The notes under the pieces were generated by a model. It was not told the origin of the DNA, ran no database searches, and saw only the letters and a program-made list of their open reading frames with translations. This document shows positions 24,584 to 37,374 of a DNA stretch of 64,000 nucleotides, piece after piece. A program made the translations under genes and the position numbers. This DNA is from Selaginella moellendorffii (Eukaryota > Plantae > Lycopodiophyta), in assembly GCF_000143415.4 (NCBI RefSeq), contig NW_003314422.1, forward strand, positions 63,956 to 127,955, given 5' to 3'. Numbering within the stretch: position 1 is the first letter of the stretch; the number at the start of each line of letters is the position of its first letter.

Positions 24584-25562
24584 TTACATGATAGAGCAAC
24601 TGTTTGCATTGTCGTCGCTAAACATGTAGTCCATGTCGCTGCGAACTTGGGGTGTCACGCGATGGATGTACGGAGCCATATGAGCGGTGTTTTGCTGCGA
24701 CCTCTTGTCGACCTGGATGGTGTACGGCTTGGTCGTGGCGACGTGATGATCCGCGATGATCAGGGCCGGCTTGCTGTTGTTGCTGTTGCCGCCGCTCATG
24801 TGGCTGATTCCGGACGAATCTTTGGATCCCACAAGCTCCACGCTCTTGCCCGTCTTGGAGACCTTCTTGAGCACCTTCTTGGGGTCGATGTAGCCCGTCA
24901 CGGACACCTTCTTTTGCTTTTGGTCAACGGAGATGGAGTCAACACCTGTTTGAACGGTTTTGAATCAGTCCGGGCTGGATCACGATAAAAGATCTTTGAA
25001 CATATACCGTCAATGTCTGCAATGGCCTTCTTCACCTTTCGTATGCAAGCATCACAGTGGATCTGAACCTTGAGAACAATGGTCTGCGAGAAAAGTATAA
25101 AATCACAAAGGAGCAACGGAAAGATGAGGAAGCTGCTGTCTAGCAAGAGCAGAGACTTCCATTCTGTACCTGATACTTGTTCATTTTGTAGGCTGGCTCC
25201 ACCTTGCCGCCCTTGTGCTTCCCATGGAGGGAGTATAAGTTGTTGGTGTTGCGATAATAGTCCGAAGATTTGGGAGTGGAGTAGTAGACAGACTTGCCGT
25301 TGTTTGCAGCAGCAGCAGCAGCAACAGCGACGGCGGCCGGGGAGTAGTAATTCTTGCCGGATTTACCATGGCGGCTGTGGTTTTGGGCGTGGCCGGGCTG
25401 ATGGGACGAGTAGTAACTCCCCTTGTTGTTACCAGTGGAGTAGTAATCCGGTGACTGGAGGCTGGATGAATCATACTCTTCCAGTTCTTCGTCGCTGTAA
25501 CTTACGTCTGAGAAGTAACTCTTCGGCGACCCCTTGCTCTTCTTCCCTGAAGACTTGTACAT
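24584..25562 (-). CDS. HIPP paralogue; exons 25562-25170, 25083-25008, 24945-24584
   Basis: HMA motif VQIHCDACIRKVKKAI, C-terminal FSDDNANSCSIM. GT-AG introns keep frame. Confidence 0.9.
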
Positions 25563-28500
25563 TTCCTTTCTCTCTCTCTCTTTCCCTTGTTTTGCTTCTG
25601 ATCCTGATCTAACTAGAGCTTTCTATCGAGGAGACGAGAAGAATGTAGAGCTTAAACTACAAGAGGCGTAAGAAACACTCGAGACTGGAAGTCTTTATAT
25701 ATCCTCGATTGATTTGGCGCTGCTGAACAGAGAGTGAGTCTAGAGAAAGAGAAAGAGTGCACAGACAACATGAGCTCTACGCATTCTCAGGCGGTCAGGG
25801 GACAGGCGGTCTAGCTAGCATTAGAAGGACCTGGGAACTACACTTAAATGCAAAACATCCATGCTTTGTACTTAAGTCTCCTGGTTTAAGTAGTCGGTCA
25901 GGTGTTGGCCTAGATTTTCACCAGTCTTCCAGATTTCAAAATCTATCTTTTCTTGAAAAGAAATCTTACCTAGTATGGATTGAGACGTGTGTCCATGGTC
26001 GGCATGCTCACACTGTCTTGGAAGAAGGGTCCAACGAGAGGAAGCCAACACATTAGAGAATCATACTTCTAAAGAAGGGTATTATGGTGTTATTCCACCT
26101 GTAATTAATTCTCGATTTTACGAATTTAAGTTAAACTAGCATAAATATTACTTTATTTCAAACAATTTTGAATTTAACTATTGTGTGATTATGTAAATGA
26201 TAATGGATATACTTGGAATATTCTTGGGTATTCTAGTATATTCTTATGTTTATTATATACATATTTAAAACTTATAAAAGTTCTTAAGCTCTAGCATATT
26301 TTACAATCTAATGGTTTTGATATTAATCTTCTGTTTATAAATTATAAATATTCTTATAATTTCTTGTAGTGTTTTAAATTTCAATGGATAAAAATATATT
26401 TTTTTTTGCATTGAGGCTTCCTTATGGGCAATTGCAAATTTGAAGTTGAGGGATCATGTTAGGGTCTAGTGGAGCTCAGTATTAAACTTTTCTATGCTGG
26501 ATGTTGAAAGATGTAAATGCAATGTCTATAAGAATTCTTAATTAAAAATTCACATCTTCTTATGCTCACAGGAATAATCTCTAAATTGAAATCTAAGTAT
26601 GTGCTTTAAAACCATTCAACATTTCCTTTGGATTCTCACATCAACTTTCTCTATTTCTTGCCTGGTGAGCAATCTCTATTACAATTTGGACACGTTCAAG
26701 CAATGTGGTTATAAGAACAACTAAATCTATATATCTAGCAAGGTGAAAAAAGTATTCAATCCTTGTTTGTAGAAATTTAATGATTTCTTTTACAAATCCA
26801 TTATTTTTTCCTAAATTACTGATCAATTTGTAAATTTAAGTATAAAATATTTTAGATCTTGATAATAGAAGAATTTATATAACTGGTATAAAAATACTAG
26901 CATATTGAATAAATTTTAATAACAATTTATCATTTATGTCATAATACGTAATATCATACTCCCTTATCTAAATCTACTTTTCATATCTAGCATCTAGGTG
27001 TCATATATTCTTTTTCTAGAATATTACTTAGGATTATGCTTTTGATCTAATGGTTGAAATTTAAAAATTCAAAACATGTCAAACACTTCAATTTGACACT
27101 CTAATCAAGTTAGGTTAATACCACTGTTTATTTTGTACTTTTTAGCTTGCCAAGAATTGGGTGTGCAATAACAACTAAATCAATCAAGTAGACAAGATCA
27201 AAATCTTCAAATTCCACACATAGGTGTTACCTACCTACAAGTAAGTATAGACACCTTTACTTTCTTTATTTCCAAAGACAATTGCTATTGTAATTGTAAT
27301 GGAGCTAGTGTGCTTGGTGATTGATTGTCCTCAGATGGATGGATTGGATGGATATGAGAATTGGTAGTAAAAGCATGAGGAGTTATACCATATGCTATAA
27401 ATGCCACTATCAACTAAATTTGATTGTTCAACTACAATTTCATAGCATTGAGCAATCACACTAATTGCTGCTCTAGAGTCAAAAAAGGAAGAGGCTATTG
27501 CTCTATCATAAAGATGAATAAAAAGAAAAAAAAAAGCAAAAAAAAATAAATTGAAAAAGCTATAAGAAAAGCTCAATTTAAATAAAATCCTAAATCCAAG
27601 CACTCCTCAAGGACAATCAAAATTGCCCCTTCCACCAATGTGAGTGCATAGAAGATAGATTGGAATATAGAAATGTGCATATTAATTAGCCCAAAAACCT
27701 TAGTTTATATACAAAAGCAAATGGTCCAAATTGAAATCAATTCACTACATTAATATTAGTATATGGCATCATAACTGTACACTTTGACCATAAAACACAA
27801 ATTAAATACTTAAAATATTTTTTATTTGTGAATGACAATGTTTATTTATTTATCCATCAACTTTTCTCTATTTTGAGCTTGTATTAAAGTCATTGATTTT
27901 ATTCTCTATAGCCAAGTCAAGATGCTCTAGATCCTCCTTCCAATTTAGCTAAACATGCAATTTGACCAATCCAAGGACAAAGTCAGTCAATCAAAATTTT
28001 CAAATTCCATAGCACACCCATAGGTATTACATACCTATAAGTATTGGCTTTTAGTAAAGACACCTTTACTTTCTTTATTTCCAAAGATAATTCTATTTGT
28101 CGCGAATGTGACTTCGGTTATCAAAAGTTACTTATCGGTCAGTCCTTACGGACTCTCTTTCTTTACTGCTACGACGGCAGAAGGTCAGTATTGCTGGACC
28201 TGTTATCAATCTTCGTCTAAGCTAGTTGAGAAACTGGTCTTCATGTGTGCACTTGACCAAATGAGCATAAGGAAGGAATTCCTAAGTGTGTATTTAGTTA
28301 AACATACTTGACCTGGTTAGAGAAACTCATTCGTTGACTTGCACTTGCTAGTGTTGGGAACCCCCGCGATATTGAACTTGGTCCCTCAATATTTGCTAAA
28401 TGATAGCTTACCATGTCTGCCAAACACCCTCGCTATCATGCCCTTAGCATTAGTCTCAATTCGGTCCCAAATGTTATTTATGAAAAGTGTCTAGATTTGC

Positions 28501-31500
28501 TCATTTGGCATATTTACGGAATATAGAGATTGTATTCCAATACCAAGACCAACACGCAAAACAGAGCCAAACAGAGTCTACTGCTATTTCAACATACCGG
28601 TGGCCTAAAGTGAGGATATGGGTACTCCACTAGCTAACATGGAAAGTTGCTCTGTAGTCTGGTTCCGTCACTCCTTGGCTCCATGCTTAGGAGTTTGGCA
28701 TTGTTCCTTTGTTTAGTGGCCCAAGGCCATGAACCTCGGGTTTTGCACCACTGTCCTTTGGACACATGGCATATAACACATGGCATGTGTCACGTGGCAT
28801 AAAAAGGGTTAAGGTTCTGCTTCGTGGTGTTATCCTATGGTAAATCACCATAGGATAAAGGGTCAAAACCACGTGCGCTACATTTGGTATCAGAGAGTGA
28901 GTCTCGGTGAGTTTTATCCAATGAGACTGGGCAACTAGTCTCGTTGCATACGTAGAGATGAAAATGATAATCCGAGTGGGTACATGTTTGGGTGTAAGGG
29001 CTTCGCATTCGTTTTTTGGGTATGGATTTTGGTTACCTTTCGTACCATATTGCATGAGCTTGCTCTTGGGCTCACTAGAGGGATTGTTGTTCCATTCGCA
29101 TGAGTTTGCGCTTGGGCTTGTGAGTGAGGCACATTAGCACAAGTTTGAGCTTGGGCTCATGAGTGAGGTGCATTAGCAACTCAAGGTTGCACTTTGAGTT
29201 GGCAGGATTAATGTTAGCCTATCAGTGGTTCCATGAGTTGTTTCAATGGTTCCATGAGTTGTACCTTGTGCCATGGGTGAAAGTAAACCTTCCCTGGGTT
29301 TGTTATGAGTGGTAAATAGGCTGGTCCGTAGCTGTTTAGCACAGCACTAGTGGATCCTTCCTAAGCATGATTACAAGTGAATCAACCAAGACTATAGAGA
29401 TTAGTCTATTGGTTCAAGTTGTCATTGCCGTGCTCTCTCATAAACTTTTCTTGGATTGGACCGAAAGTAGTGTGAAAGCAAGTTTGAGGTTTAGTCAAAT
29501 ATGAGACCGAAAAGAGAGTCATCGGGGACGAAAGATCAAACACGAAAATCATTTCCTCTTTTTGGAGAGATGATTTGCAACAAGGTGTGACTCATTGCTT
29601 GTATTCATATTATGTAATCAAGAGTTCTTACCTTAATGCATGTTGGAAATGATGGTCTTACAATTGGCAAGTTGTGGGATGGATAGTGGTGAAGCGCTAT
29701 ACCATTTTGTCTAGGCTTGCTATTGGAAAACTTGGGTTGTAATGCTTAATTCTTTTCCGGGACTTTACTATTGCCCCTTGGGTAGCTTGGTGTTAGATTA
29801 GTTTTGAGTTTGGTTGAAAAGAGAGTGGCATGAATTTGTTTGTGTTGTGAACAAAAGTTAGTGATATTGAGTGTTGTAAATCTCTATTGGTGGGGTGTGG
29901 CATTTATGTTGCATTTTGTCGAATCAAGTTGACACTTGATACTCACATAAATCTTTGTAGTAGTGACATGGGCATTGCATAGTGTTGCTTGATTGATGAT
30001 CAAGACATTGTGATTTTTCATATCATATCTATGTGATAATGAGTAATGTGTTTACAAAGTTGCTTGGTTAAACAATGATCAACCCCAATGTGGTTGATGG
30101 TGAAACTAGTTTACTTGCAAATAGTAGCATTGTAGTAACTTTGACTGGATTCCTGATGGTGATTCATTATACTAAGCTTAAGTTAGTTCCTTAGTTTCTT
30201 GAGTTAGCCCATTGAGGTGTTGGAAAAGGTTATAGCATTCACTTGCTATGGCTTATCAATTAATCCATTAACACTTGGAGTAGATTGTTAGATGGAAAAT
30301 GTGTGTAGTTGAGGCATTGATATTGCTAGCACTTGTGTTAGTGGAAGTGGCATTGTTGTTTTGAGTGATGAGGAATTTTCCTTAGAGCTTGATTTTCCAT
30401 GTCATTTTTCTTGTTAATGTTTTGGCTTCACATTGGATCTTGAAAGTGGTAGAAGAAGAGTGTTAGTGCAATATGGATATCTGAAGATATAATCTTCGTG
30501 ATCAAGCCTTGGATGTTCATTTTGCATTTTGCGGATATCGGTGTTGGATGTTGGAAAAATGGGCAAAGATGTTCGAGGCTTAAACATACTATGGGTCATG
30601 AGAATTTGTGTTGAGGTGAACCTATGTGAAGTTGTTAGTAGGAGGAAGTTGGTTAAGTCTTGAAAGTTTGTATTTCTGGACTGAGAGTCATTCTTTCTCT
30701 AGGATGGAAAAATTTCCACAAATTTTCTTAGATTTATCCAATGGATAATTTATTGATCATTTTGTCTGAAAACCATTCCGATTTTGTAAGCTGGTACAAA
30801 CTAGTGAAGGGCTTGGAGTTGGCTTCGGTTAGCTTAAACCTTAGTATGTAGTTTGTATGATGTGGCCCAAAAGGGATGCTGACTTTTGGGGCTAAAGTAA
30901 TTGAGTTGGATAGAGTCTAGAGTTGGTGTAAGAAACTGGCCATTGCACTTTTCCCAGAAAGGTGACCCTTGTGTGTTTCTTTTATAGCATTGTGCTTGGT
31001 GGCAGGTTGCACTTTGCATTTAGTTAGACTCTATGAGAGTAGTGGGCTCTCACTGATCTTGACTTAGTCTTGGTGGCCTTACGCCTTGGCTGAGGATGAT
31101 GATGTCTAACTTAGTTGTTTGTAGTTGAGATGTTGGTACTCATATTATAGCTTTGTCTAAATGGAGGTTGTGTACCAATATGAATCCATCTCATGGTCAT
31201 CACTTTAGTTTCGAAGTGTTGATCATGCATAGCTAGCTTCTTCAAGGCATGCTTAAAGTTATTGGCTAAATGCATTGGTGTGCTTGTCACGGTTGAGTTG
31301 GATTTGAGTAGTCATTTAATTCATGTTTGTCCATGAACCTTTATCTCATACTTGGGGTATTACATTCATGTTAGATAAGTGTATGACTCGATGACGTGAG
31401 TTTAGTGCTTAGGTCTTGTGGAAGGCAAGTTGAAGAGTGATTGTTGGTTGCTTGACAACTAATGATTGCTTGTAGACTTCATCGAAGACTGTGACATTTG

Positions 31501-32054
31501 CTTCGCTCGATGATGATGTAGTAGTGATAAGTTTGCTTTACTGGATGGTGTTGCGGAGGATCGTATTGTTAGACTTACATGGGTTTTCCATGTTGGCATA
31601 TTGACTCCACCTAAGCTCTATTTCGTTAAAGTGGGAATTGTCATTATCCCACTTGTAAAATAAGGTTTCCAAACCTTTATATAGTATATAAATATAACAA
31701 AATTCAACTGCATTGAGGCACATGCCATTTTATTTTAAACAAGGAAATGTCTACTCAATCACTTCTCCTCCCCCTGCCACTGCTTCACCTCTCTCTTCTC
31801 CTTGTCATTGTCGTCCAATTTCTTTCCATCCTTTTAATATTGGTTCAGTTGCTCCGAGTCTAGGTAGAGCCCAAGTCCCCATTCAATCTTTACTTTCCCC
31901 TTATTAATAAAACAACTTCGTAGACTTCCAATAACATGCTGTAACACTTCTAGTATAATGCAAATCCTCTCAAAGAATTGTCTTTTAATATTAATACAAT
32001 GGCATGGAACCCCATGCCATAATAAGTTACATTTTTAAATAAATACATGCCATC

Positions 32055-35000
32055 TCAGACTGTTATTTTTTGCCTCCAACGCCTATACAATAATCTTGGA
32101 ATTTCATCACTCTCCACACTATTAGGATTTAAACCCAATAGTAATGCCATCTCTTCTCTAATACGTCCACGCTCATGTTCAGTGGTCGAAGAACTCATCC
32201 GGTTGAGCAGATTATGGAGATGCGGATAGTGCTTGGCTAGACAATATACATGCCATAAATGATGACTGGTGTCTGTCCAATCAAATAGCTTTTGATATAC
32301 CATTCCATCTGCCATTTGGTTGATTTCTGCAGCCACCTCCTGGACTGGCCGGTTCTCTATCACCATCGCTCCAAGCCGTTTTGCAAGGTCCCCCAGAACA
32401 TACGGTTTCTTCTCCCTAGTTTCCATACTGCAAGAGATGGGGTGCACTGCATATGTGTGCGTGTTCGCTGCAGTTTTAATCGGCGAGTCATCGATGATGA
32501 GGATTTCACTTGACCTAGCAGTCCGGTTCATCACTACAGCCTCTGGCTTGACGAAGATGGGCTTGCTACCCCTCACATGGACCATAGTCAAGCAATCCTC
32601 CTGCGTTAGGAGAAAGTCAAATGGTAATATTACTCGCGTCTGATCGTGCATCATCTGTAGCAACGTTAATGCATTGTGGCGCATCATGGATGTCCAAACT
32701 CCCAATTGCAAATTGAACCTGGCCCTCTGTTTTAAGTGTCGCATGGTCATTATTAGATCCCGCAGTTTCTCCCGTGTGATTAATGTGAATCTGTCTCTTT
32801 TGACCAACTTGCGACTGCAGGCTTTGGAGGGTGCAGTGACATTCGAGGACGAGCCACGCTCATGGGAGAAAAGGACACCGTTCAGATCAAAAATGATACA
32901 GTACCTTCGCCGTGACTCTGAAATGAAATGCGTCAGCATAAAAAATGGTACAAGTCAATTTTACCATCTACAATATTAGCGAATGGTGCTCCCGATGGTC
33001 GTTGAGAGGGTTTTGGTCGAGGAAACGTGAAGGGCGGAAATACTCTCCTCTGCAATGTGGGGTCAATCGCATCCGATGGTGTGTGGGCACATGCCATTTC
33101 AGCTGTAGACTCTGGTACAACTGGCTCAACAGTGGCATGGGGTGGTTCTGATGGCGTGTGACCACACGCCATTTCAGCTGGTGCCTCCGTTGGCAAAGTG
33201 GACATGACCGAACAGGCAGCAGGGGCGGTGTAGGGAGGTTCCAACGGCGCGTAGTCAGACGATTGGGCACATGTTGAGTCCGTTGGAAATGAGGATACGA
33301 CCGGCTCGGCGGCTAGGGCAGCCTTATGCGGGTCCAATGGCGCCTGGTCACCGTCAGTTGGATACGTGGACAAGATTGACTCAGTGGTATGGGCAGCATC
33401 AAGTGGAGCGTGGTCAGCTTGCTTAGCGTTGATATGGATAGTAGCCTCCACCAGCTCTGATGACTCTTGCAGGCAAGTAGAGTCCACTGGCGGATCCATA
33501 TGCATGTCCAAATATCTCCCTTCGATTGAGATGGTATCCTCCCTACTGGCTACTAAAAACAAACTCATTAGCACATTGAATCGACTATACTGTATTTACC
33601 ATCAACTGCTATTGAGGAACTAGGACCGATATCACTTGGGCGCACTGCTGATTCTGAAGGATTGGACATACGTTTCGACCCTTTCTTGGCACTATCCTTC
33701 CTCGACACTAAAGGCTAGAGTTTGTATCTTAATTCAACTGAATAATCTTTACTTACCATTTGCTTTGCAACCTACATGGACAATGGTAAAAGGTTAGGAA
33801 TGGATGTACTATTATTTACCTGATGGTTTGTCTTGTATGACCTTCCTCCGCTGCTCTTTGGCCACCTCAGGCTGGCCATCGTCGTCATCATCGTCGTCGT
33901 CGTTATTGTGATTGTCACCATTGTGAGGACCATCCAAGTCCTCTTCGTCCTCCTCTTCTTCGTCCTCCTCTTCTTTGTCCTCCTCTTCGTCCTTCTGCTC
34001 TTCCTGCTCATTATCTTTCTCTGGCTCCTCATCCCCCTCCTGCATTTCTTCCATAGGCTGCTCAGGCTGGATGGCTTGTTCTTCTAGGACCATCTTGGGA
34101 AAATCATCTGGCCGAGTCTCCATCTCAAAATACAAGACATCCATAGCCTGTTTTAGTGCGTGACCTAGGACCGTATCCTCACCCGATTGTCTTAACATGG
34201 TTTCTGCACGTTCTTGCACCCTTCGAAGATGACGAGATGAGAAAAACGTGGCCCTGACTTGAAAAGCATCCCTCATCCATTGTACCTCTCCATTGAGATT
34301 GGGGAAGGGGAGTCTGCCATAGGAATCTGAGTCAGGAGGTGGTGACCGCGAGGCATTACCTATCATCTTTTCGTTGCCCTTCTTCCTTTTCGAATCAAAC
34401 GCCTCTTATCCCGACGATTGTCCAACGTGCTTTCGCTTTTTATGACCACTGTCAGTTTGAGCTTGGCTGGTGCTTGCCTGTTTTGCCTTTGAAGAAGTGT
34501 CTCCTGCAAGGAATGGCATGAGACCACACGCCATTGCAAATATAATTTGTACCTCCTTTTTTCCTATTGCTTGTCTGTTTGTCCTTCTTTGACGCGCCAC
34601 CAGTGCGCTTTTCAGTCCTCGTGTCTGAATATTCACAACGATCTATAATCAAAATGGCGTGAGGCCTCACGTGACCTTACCTTGTGCAGGTTGTGAGCTC
34701 GGCCCAACATGGGTATCTTCAACAGTAGCTGTTAACGCCGTTTCAGCATCTGGGGGTGGCCACGCTCCTGCATACAGAGCTTGTGAGATAACATTTAAAC
34801 TTAAAGTGCGTACTCACCAGGTTCGCAGAGAAGATACTGTTTTTCTTTGGCAACTGTAATTATATGCTCCATTGAAGTCACCTCTTCAATGGAGTTTGTC
34901 ACCGCAACACACGGGACACCCTTGAGTAGTGCGGCTCGAAAGAATAGTCCGCCGCAGTTGTACTCGACAACGCATTTGCCCTTGGAGTCGGAAGCAGGTG

Positions 35001-37374
35001 ACCCACCCGCTATTGCGTTGAAGACCCAGCTGAGCATTTCCCATGCTGCACTTGGAGCTTTCTCTGGATTCGAAAGCTCCATAGCCGTCTTCAGTTCCTC
35101 AGGCACGGGTAAATTGACCTCCCTCAGATCAATTCGATCGGCCTTGTCGAACGAAGCTGGGAAGTCACTCTAGTCCCACTCTGCTGCAGGACCAATAACA
35201 AGGGCGAGTGTGAAGATGCGGACATTCGTCGGTATCTTCTTCTTAGCCATTATCCCATGGATCTCCTGCATCTCCTTGCCTTTCAACCGAGCCTTCACCT
35301 CGTTCAAGGCCTTCCAGAACTTGTGATAGGATTCGGAGTCGTAGATCATATAGTGGACTGAAGATTCCACCTCCGCAAGTCCCACCATTAAGTCAATGAT
35401 GGAGCTGACTTCGTCTGCATGAGTGATCTCCTCGTTTGTGAAGTCCATCACACAAAAGATGTTCTTGACCTGCTCATCTCCACGGGAAACGATGCTCCTC
35501 CACCTTTGATCCTCATCCGAATTCACGTATACCCGGTAAGGTTCTCGATAGGCCTCTGCTGCGGGGTCGAGCTGTTTCTGAAGCCGGCGGTCGACATCCC
35601 TTTTAATGAAATTTGGATACTGATCCAACTTCTCAGCTTTATTTTTCGTGGCATCCCGCAGCAGATCGATGAACTTGGGGCCCCCCTTCACGTACTCGTC
35701 GATGTCTTCATTTGACAACTCCAGCTCTTCCATCATCTCTTGCGTGGTGTCAATGCTCACCCTCTCCACGGCCACTTGCTCGAAGATCCAATCCTTTAAT
35801 AGCGCACGAGCTCTCAGAGTCGTGCACAAGTCCTCGTATGTCACAATATGGCCGGGAGTCATTTTGGTCTTGTTGAAGACTACCTCACCACGTAGAAGAG
35901 CATTAGCCACTGTCAGAAGGTCGTCGTCGTCTAGAGACCGTGAGAAACGCAAGGTGTTGAGCTTCAAATCATTGGGCTTCCGGCCGTCCTCCACACCCAT
36001 TGAGTTTAGCAACTCCCCGTCATGGTACCTCCTCAGCACATCTACCCATTTGTCAAAAACAACTTTTGTCGCGAGTAGAATGTTATGGATGCTGAGTGTG
36101 TCATTGACCCCCAGTGTTTTCGAGAGAAGACTCGAGAATTCCTGCAATGGAAATGGCGTGAGGCCACATGCTATGCCACATGCAATGAGGCTTACCTGCC
36201 AGGCGCTAGTTGCTAGTGCACGTCCTTGTCCTGGTTTTTGTGGCTTCTTCAGTTGAACCCAGAGCTTCTGTGTTCGTGCCAATGTCTCGTGCAGACCTGA
36301 TTTGTAGCACGTTTCTTGCTTGACATTCTGCGCGTGGGAGATGGATATGATAGATCGGAGGGGCGAGTTGCCTTTTATCAGGCGGACAACTCTTGTCTTG
36401 AAGACTTTCTTCACCTCCTCGCCCACCATAATATCCACAACTATCTCTTGCATCGCCAAACTAGAATGCTGCCCGGAGACGGCATAGAACCGGATGTTCT
36501 GATCGTCCAACACCTTCCTATTGATGAAGTCTGGAAACCTCGTTTCGCCCTTCATTGTTCGGTAGTAGGGGATCACGTCTGCGATGTCGGGTGTTACTGG
36601 ACTTGCCAGCATCTTCTGCTTCAGTTTCTCCACCCACTCATCAGATACTAGCCTGTGGTTGTATTTGCTTTGGATGTCGATATGGCTCACGTCGATTGTA
36701 TATACTTTGTTGGAATAGTAACAAGTACTATTATCTGCGACGATTTTTGCTGCCTCTTCTTGCTCTTTCTGCTCTTTGCGGCTCTTCTTTTTGGTGGGTG
36801 TAGTGTTCGAACCCGAGGCAATGGCATCACCGAGTAGCTTCTTTTTTGGAGCAAGAGAGTCGGACGTCGGCTTGAGCTTGACCACCCTTTTCTGCTTCGG
36901 GGTAGTTTCCAGATCGACCCCCTTCCCCTTCGCTTCACGAACTGGAGGCACTCTCAACGGCTCAATGTTGGAATATAGTTTTTGAACATCGCCGTAGGTG
37001 AGGTCCGTGGATTCCATGTGATCTTCATAGACCCGCAGCGTCTTTGAAATTGTGGGCCTCCTGGACAACCTCTCCCTAGCTCCCTCTAGGAATTCCTCAT
37101 AGCCGCTGCCCCCTTCCGGGAAGCCGCTAGGATATGCAAGGTGGATCTTGAAGGCGGATGCTGTCTCTACCACAAGTGCCAGTCCATATTCTTGCATGGA
37201 ACTGCATGGAGTGTTTGTCACTTGGATGAGGATCCCCATGCATTCTTTTCTCCCACCATCTGTGTTGTACAGCCTCAGATCCTCGCCTTCCATCCCGAAA
37301 GTCCAACTGGTGAGCTCCTCCCCCTTCTCTGCATCCACATTGACAGTGGCTGGAAGAAGAACGCAATTCCTCGC
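32055..37374 (-). pseudogene. Transposon cargo gene, at least 9 exons, ~1640 codons: ParB/Srx-like domain, degenerate MTase-like region, acidic/repeat linker, FCP1/NIF HAD phosphatase; two premature stops
   Basis: Exons 37374-36196, 36141-34818, 34767-34681, 34624-34553, 34503-33820, 33771-33757, 33707-33600, 33552-32965, 32917-32055. All introns are GT-AG, 47-56 nt and frame-preserving. In-frame stops TAG (35172-35170) and TAA (34408-34406). True start uncertain. Confidence 0.7.
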
